Of a stretch of 64,000 nucleotides of DNA, positions 59,143 through 64,000 are shown in pieces. This stretch comes from Candidatus Dormiibacterota bacterium (lineage in GTDB: Bacteria > Chloroflexota > Dormibacteria > Aeolococcales > Aeolococcaceae), in the NCBI GenBank assembly GCA_963718525.1, contig OY970355.1, positions 2,720,001 to 2,784,000 on the forward strand, read 5' to 3'. The notes under the pieces are model-generated. The model saw only the letters and a program-made list of their open reading frames with translations. It searched no databases and was not told where the DNA came from. Within the stretch, counting starts at the first letter, position 1. Every line of letters begins with the position of its first letter. A program made the position numbers and the translations under genes.

Positions 59143-59930
59143 TTGCTGACGCGCGGGAAGCCGAGCAGGTACGTGAGCACGAACCATGTGTGCGACGAGC
59201 GCTCACCGATGCGGCAGTACGTGATGACCGTCTTGTCGTCGGTGACGCCCTGCGCGGCGTAGAGCTCGCGAAGTGCATCGGCCGGCTTGAACGTGTCGTC
59301 GTCCTGGATAGCCTGCGCCCATGGGATATTCGCAGCGCCGGGAATGTGCCCGCTGCGCTGGGCGCCTTCATTGGAGTACTCCGGCGGAGCTGAGATCTCG
59401 CCCTTGAACTCCGCGGGCGAGCGCACGTCGACGAGCGCCCGGCCCTCGACGCCGAGCGCCTTCTCGACATCACCGCGGAAGCTGCGGATGGACGTATCGG
59501 CCTCCGGTGCTCTGTACGAGCTGGCGGCGAACGACGGCATCGCCTCGGTGACCTCGCGACCCTCGTCGATCCACTTGCGACGCCCGCCGTTGAGCAGGCG
59601 AATGTCGGCGTGGCCGTAGATCCGGAAGGTCCAGAACGCAAATGCGGCGAACCAGTTGCGGAAGTCGCCGTACAGCACGAGCGTGGTGTCGGGGGTCGCG
59701 CCGATCCTCGACAGGAGCTGCTCGAACTGCTGCTTCGACAGGATGTCCCGTCGTACGGGGTCGTTGATGTCCCGCTTCCAGTCGACCAGCGTCGCGCCGG
59801 GGATGTGCCCCAACTCGTACGCGGCCGACGGGTCGTAGTCCACTTCGAGTATCCGCACCTGCGGGTCGGAGAGGTGATCGGCCAGCCACTGGGTGGTGAC
59901 CAGAACCTCTGGATGGGCGTATTCGGTCAT
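59061..59930 (-). CDS. thiosulfate sulfurtransferase (CysA/SseA-type rhodanese)
   Basis: GHIPGA twice, YCRIGERSSHTWF and YDGSWSEWG; AGGAG RBS. Confidence 0.92.
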   Translation of the reverse strand: MTEYAHPEVLVTTQWLADHLSDPQVRILEVDYDPSAAYELGHIPGATLVDWKRDINDPVRRDILSKQQFEQLLSRIGATPDTTLVLYGDFRNWFAAFAFWTFRIYGHADIRLLNGGRRKWIDEGREVTEAMPSFAASSYRAPEADTSIRSFRGDVEKALGVEGRALVDVRSPAEFKGEISAPPEYSNEGAQRSGHIPGAANIPWAQAIQDDDTFKPADALRELYAAQGVTDDKTVITYCRIGERSSHTWFVLTYLLGFPRVSNYDGSWSEWGNSVGLPIEKEAREAVAV

Positions 59931-60039
59931 GAGGGAATGCTCCTGTTGCTCTTGGCTGTTCCTGCGCGGTGATCTGCCGCACGGTTGCGAGATGTCTGAC
60001 GCGGGGCCCTGCGCCGTCGCGTACCCGGACTCACGAGGC

Positions 60040-60123
60040 CTAGGCTGGACAGCTTGCCCTGTCGGACCGGCAGCGTCCCCAGTCGAGCCAGCGACGGCGC
60101 GTCAGCCGCGGTGTCTCGTCCAT
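60040..60123 (-). CDS. putative Cys-containing leader peptide MDETPRLTRRRWLDWGRCRSDRASCPA
   Basis: Read manually; ATG is 9 nt after a -10 box; LTRRRxxDxxR..S..C pattern upstream of a sulfur gene. Confidence 0.6.
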   Translation of the reverse strand: MDETPRLTRRRWLDWGRCRSDRASCPA

Positions 60124-60132
60124 GTCAGCCGG

Positions 60133-60162
60133 ATGGTATGGAATCCCATGCGCGGAAGTCAA
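60133..60162 (-). promoter_or_regulatory. sigma70-type promoter for leader peptide/sulfurtransferase
   Basis: TTGACT-18 nt-TACCAT; the -35 overlaps the inverted repeat GGAAGTCA-N8-TGACTTCC (60154-60177). Confidence 0.55.
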
Positions 60163-60185
60163 GTTTTCATGACTTCCCTGCGGAG

Positions 60186-60845
60186 TCACGAGGCGGCCGT
60201 CTCCCCCACCCGCCTGGCCAGCAGGTACGCGCGCATGGTCTGGACCTCGACGTCGGGGTATGGCTCCCGCACCACTCGTGCCTCCAGCTTGAACCCGGCG
60301 GCAGCGACGTCGGCGGTGAGCTGTTCCAGGTCGAAGAAGTGAAACTCCAGGTTCACGCGGACACCGAGCATCTCGTCGGCGTGCACCGTCGCGTCGCCGT
60401 GCTCGCCCAGGTGGACGGCGATCAGGAGCAGACCGCGTTCAGCAAGGGTCCGGTGAAATTCGCTCAGCGCCGCGCGGATCTCGAGCTCGCTGGTCAGGTG
60501 AATGATCGAGTAGAAGGCGACCAGCCCCCGCCACGAGCCGCCGGCCGCATCGAGCGCGGTCATCGTGCCCACGTCGAAGCTGATGCCGGGGTGCAGGGCT
60601 CGCGCTCGCTCGACCATCGCAGGGGAGAGGTCGATGCCGGTGACTGCGAGCCCGAGCCCGGAAAGGAACCCGGCAACGTGACCTGGGCCGCATCCCGCGT
60701 CGCACACTGACGCGCCCGCACCGAACTCCTCCTGCACCTGTTCCGCGAACGCGGTCAGCAATGCCCGGTCGAGCGGCTTGTGACGCAATTCGTCGTGCAC
60801 CCGCTCGACATACGCGTCGGTGACGGCGTCATAGCTGGCGCGCAC
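60186..60845 (-). CDS. class I SAM-dependent methyltransferase
   Basis: SYDAVTDAY, DAGCGPG, GIDLSPAM and YSIIH motifs; start uncertain. Confidence 0.82.
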   Translation of the reverse strand: MRASYDAVTDAYVERVHDELRHKPLDRALLTAFAEQVQEEFGAGASVCDAGCGPGHVAGFLSGLGLAVTGIDLSPAMVERARALHPGISFDVGTMTALDAAGGSWRGLVAFYSIIHLTSELEIRAALSEFHRTLAERGLLLIAVHLGEHGDATVHADEMLGVRVNLEFHFFDLEQLTADVAAAGFKLEARVVREPYPDVEVQTMRAYLLARRVGETAAS

Positions 60846-60896
60846 CCGCGCCTGATGCTCCGGCGACGCGCCGCCGCCTGGTATGTTCGCGACGTC

Positions 60897-61295
60897 ATGC
60901 GCCCTTGGACCGTTCGCGCCCTCGCCATCGGCGTCGATGCGGTCTGCCTCGCGCTCTTCGTGGCGCTGGGACGCGCGAGTCACGACATCTCCTCGGGAAT
61001 CGCCTGGTACCTCACCGTCCTCTGGCCGTTCCTGGTGGGCTGGTTCGCGGTGGCCACGATGCTCGGCGTGTACCGAACACCGCTGGATCGCTGGGCGATG
61101 CTCGCCTGCACGTGGATCGTGGGATGCGCGATCGCCCTGGTCCTCCGGTCCGCGGTGACGCACCGCGGCACACCGATCGTCTTTGTCATCGTGACCTATA
61201 TCTTCATCGGCCTGACCACGTTCGGGTGGCGCCTGTTCGTTCACGGGCTCGGCCGCGTCCGCCATCGGGAGTCGAGCTCAGGGCACCTCACGTAG
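60897..61295 (+). CDS. DUF3054 family membrane protein
   Basis: D....FVALGRASH, WPFLVGW and GWR motifs. Confidence 0.8.
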   Translation: MRPWTVRALAIGVDAVCLALFVALGRASHDISSGIAWYLTVLWPFLVGWFAVATMLGVYRTPLDRWAMLACTWIVGCAIALVLRSAVTHRGTPIVFVIVTYIFIGLTTFGWRLFVHGLGRVRHRESSSGHLT

Positions 61296-61324
61296 TCATC
61301 CGCGCCCGGCACTACACTCGGAGC

Positions 61325-61492
61325 GTGGCCGGCATCATCCTGTTGTTGGTGCTCGGCGCGGGCACCGGCGCGCTGATCCTCTGGGGCATCCGCCTGCCGC
61401 CGACCAGGCCGCGCCCGGACAGCCGCTACCGTGGCCGGACCTACACGTCGGTGCACCGCAAGCTCAAGCGCACCAAGCCACCCAAGGACTGA
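61325..61492 (+). CDS. small single-TM protein
   Basis: Hydrophobic N-terminus and basic tail (55 aa). Confidence 0.45.
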   Translation: MAGIILLLVLGAGTGALILWGIRLPPTRPRPDSRYRGRTYTSVHRKLKRTKPPKD

Positions 61493-61582
61493 CGGCGCGC
61501 CGCGACCGAGATTGCCGCTGCTGACAGGCTCGCCCGGAGTGCTGAGGAGCCGCGAGTCTCGCCCCGCGACCCCTCTGATCAC

Positions 61583-62929
61583 TCAGTCGCTTGGGATGCC
61601 GCTGGCAGGCGGCGCCGAGGCCGCCCCCGAGTAGGTGGTTATCGGGCCGGACGTGGTGTCATCGGTCGTCTCCACCGGGCCGAGCGTTGTGACCGTGCCG
61701 TCGGCACCGACGGTCACCATCTGCACGCCCGTGAAGCCGTTGTGGTCTGTTGACGAATATGCGTAGGGCGTCAGTCCCGGCCCGTCGGTCCAGTGGCTGT
61801 TCTCCACGGCCGCGACGATGCTCGCCCGGGTCGGGTTCTGCCCTGCAGCCTTGAGCGCCTGCACGAAGGTGTATGCCTCCGACATGCCGTACTCAACGTT
61901 GCCGTCCCATGGGAGCGACGGTGCGTACTGCGCCTTCACGCTCTGGAAGAAGGTCACCCATGGATTGGAGGCATCGGTCAGGACCGGCAAGTAGGTGTCG
62001 CTGATCGTCCCGGCGATCAGGCCCGCCGGCAGCTTCTTGCCGAGGGATCCGCCGGTCAGGATGGCGGAGAGCGTGGGTGGATCCGATCCGACGTTGCTCA
62101 CCACGAACTTGGCGGCATATCGGAGCCCGGCGGCGCTCGCTTCCGCGATCGCTGTGAAGAGCGGGACCGAGAAGCTCACGATCACCTGGACTCCCTGGGC
62201 TTGCAACGACGCGATCGCCGCCCCGACGGCCATTGCCCCGGCGGCTGTGGGTGTGTAGTACGCGGGCGTCGAGTCGACATTGAGCCCCTTGCCCTGGAGC
62301 GCGTCCATGACTCCGGTGAATCCGTCGGTGCCGAACTCGTCATTGGGACCCTGCAGGAAGAAGCCCACCTTCTTGGTCGCGAAGTTCTGCGCGATGTACT
62401 GCCCGAGGATCTTGCCCTCGAGGGTGTAGTTGGGCTGCCATCCGAAGGTGTCCGGGTACTGGGAGGTGTTGTTCCAGCAGTTGCATCCGGATGCGACGAA
62501 CAGGTCGGGCACGTGGTTGGAGTTCAGATAGCTCACCACGGAGAGGTGAGTTGGCGTGCCGAGCGCCTGGAACATCGCGAACACGTTGTCCTGGAGCACG
62601 AGCGTGCGCGTCTGCGTCGCCGTGCTCGTGGGGTTGTACTGATCGTCCAGGTACGTGTAGTTGATCTTCCGGCCGTTGACGCCACCATGGGCGTTGACGT
62701 ACTTGAAATACGCATTGGCTGCGGGAGCGATCTCATCGTATCCTGGCGCCGCGGGCCCGGTGAGCGGCTGGGTGCTCCCGATGGTCACCGACGTTGCGGT
62801 GATCCCAGGCGCTGACGCCGCGTTGGTCGTGCCCGAACTGGTGCTGCCGCAGGCCGCGGACAGCAGCGCTGCCGCCCCTCCCGCAGCGATCACCGCCCAG
62901 GTCCTCGATCTACTGATCTCTGGTCGCAT
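61583..62929 (-). CDS. branched-chain amino acid-type ABC substrate-binding lipoprotein
   Basis: Lipobox SAAC; PLTGPAA and GGVNGRKI...DDQYNP motifs. Confidence 0.88.
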   Translation of the reverse strand: MRPEISRSRTWAVIAAGGAAALLSAACGSTSSGTTNAASAPGITATSVTIGSTQPLTGPAAPGYDEIAPAANAYFKYVNAHGGVNGRKINYTYLDDQYNPTSTATQTRTLVLQDNVFAMFQALGTPTHLSVVSYLNSNHVPDLFVASGCNCWNNTSQYPDTFGWQPNYTLEGKILGQYIAQNFATKKVGFFLQGPNDEFGTDGFTGVMDALQGKGLNVDSTPAYYTPTAAGAMAVGAAIASLQAQGVQVIVSFSVPLFTAIAEASAAGLRYAAKFVVSNVGSDPPTLSAILTGGSLGKKLPAGLIAGTISDTYLPVLTDASNPWVTFFQSVKAQYAPSLPWDGNVEYGMSEAYTFVQALKAAGQNPTRASIVAAVENSHWTDGPGLTPYAYSSTDHNGFTGVQMVTVGADGTVTTLGPVETTDDTTSGPITTYSGAASAPPASGIPSD

Positions 62930-62968
62930 GCGTGTGCTCCTTGTGTGTGCGGGTACCGGTTGCCGACG

Positions 62969-64000
62969 TCATTGAGAAGGCACCTCGGGTGCGGTGGGCA
63001 GTGCGCCACGGCGGCTGGTGCGAATCATCCGCGTCAGTGCGCGGACAATCGATGCCACGGCTCCGGCGACACCACGCGGAAACACGAGGATCGCGGCGAT
63101 GAGCACGATGCCGTAGATGGCGAGCGGCACGTTGTTGGCGACATTGCTCGACAGATTCAGGCTGCTGGCAAAACCGCTCGTCCACACCGGGAGGTAGACG
63201 AGGATGAACGATCCGAGCACCGCCCCGCTGAGACTTCCCAGTCCGCCGATGACGATGACGGTGAGCAGCGACAGGGACAGGTTGAGCGTGAAGCCACTCG
63301 GCGAGGTGATCGTCACCCAGTAGGCGAACAGTGACCCCGCGAGGCCCGCACACGCGGCGCTGATCACGAATGCGAGCACCTGGGTGCGGGCAACGTCGAC
63401 GCCGGCAAGACGAGCGGCGATCTCGTTGTCTCGGACCATCCGGAACCGCCTCCCGGTGGCGCCGCGTACCAGGTTGGCGAGCACGAAGAAGGTGACCACA
63501 CCCGCCACGAGCGCGATCCATACGAGCCACTGCACCGATGAGAAACCCGCACCGAGGAAGCTGGGTGGCGCAGGTGTCGGGACGCTCAGACCCTGGTTGC
63601 CACCGAAGATGCTCGCGAAGTGCGACGGCACCTGGGGCAGGGCGACCGCGAGAGCGAGCGTGGCGCCGGCGAGGTACGGTCCGCGCAACCGGGCTCCGGC
63701 GATGCCGACAATCGCGCCGGCAACGCCGGTGAGTGCGATGGAAGCGACCAGCACGAGGATCATTGGGAGATCCGCATGCCATGTGAGCAGCACCGATGTG
63801 GTGTACGCGCCGATCATCATCATCGCGCCATGGCCGAGTGACACCTGACCGTTGATGCCCGTGAGCACCGTCAGCCCGGCCGCCGAGATGGCATAGATCG
63901 CCACGCCGGTCACGTTGTAGTTCGTGTACGGATCGAAGACGAACGACGTGAGCAGCAGAAGCACGATGGCGAGCGCAAGAAAGAACAGCCCATGGCGCCC
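62969..64000 (-). CDS. branched-chain amino acid ABC permease, LivM-like (5' partial)
   Basis: GQVSLGHGA, RLRGPYLA.ATL, RDNEIAA and GGLGSL.G motifs. Confidence 0.88.
   Translation of the reverse strand, partial: GRHGLFFLALAIVLLLLTSFVFDPYTNYNVTGVAIYAISAAGLTVLTGINGQVSLGHGAMMMIGAYTTSVLLTWHADLPMILVLVASIALTGVAGAIVGIAGARLRGPYLAGATLALAVALPQVPSHFASIFGGNQGLSVPTPAPPSFLGAGFSSVQWLVWIALVAGVVTFFVLANLVRGATGRRFRMVRDNEIAARLAGVDVARTQVLAFVISAACAGLAGSLFAYWVTITSPSGFTLNLSLSLLTVIVIGGLGSLSGAVLGSFILVYLPVWTSGFASSLNLSSNVANNVPLAIYGIVLIAAILVFPRGVAGAVASIVRALTRMIRTSRRGALPTAPEVPSQ

Overview
High-GC bacterial chromosomal window. Gene content is Actinomycetota/Ca. Dormibacterota-like, which is an inference. Left to right: (1) aerobic benzoyl-CoA genes (ligase, boxB, boxC, with no boxA in view); (2) a selenocysteine module (selD, tRNA-Sec, selA, selB) converging on a Sec-containing formate dehydrogenase operon with an in-frame UGA and SECIS; (3) a ~7 kb island at tRNA-Gly(GCC) with a 48-bp att duplication, a second degenerate att/end copy, an integrase remnant, and small cargo genes separated by a repeated 20-bp motif; (4) housekeeping and metabolic genes, including pntAB. 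The best candidate for an undescribed system is at 53.8-59.1 kb. Two tiny Trp-Gly peptide ORFs with strong RBSs (MATWGDVDNW, MADGAAWG) each precede a paralogous MFS exporter, and both modules are divergent from a membrane-sensor histidine kinase plus a receiver-only regulator. This suggests a micropeptide export-and-sensing circuit. Also notable are a Cys-containing leader peptide before a sulfurtransferase and a class-III aminotransferase lacking its catalytic lysine. All family assignments come from motif recognition by eye; no searches were run.
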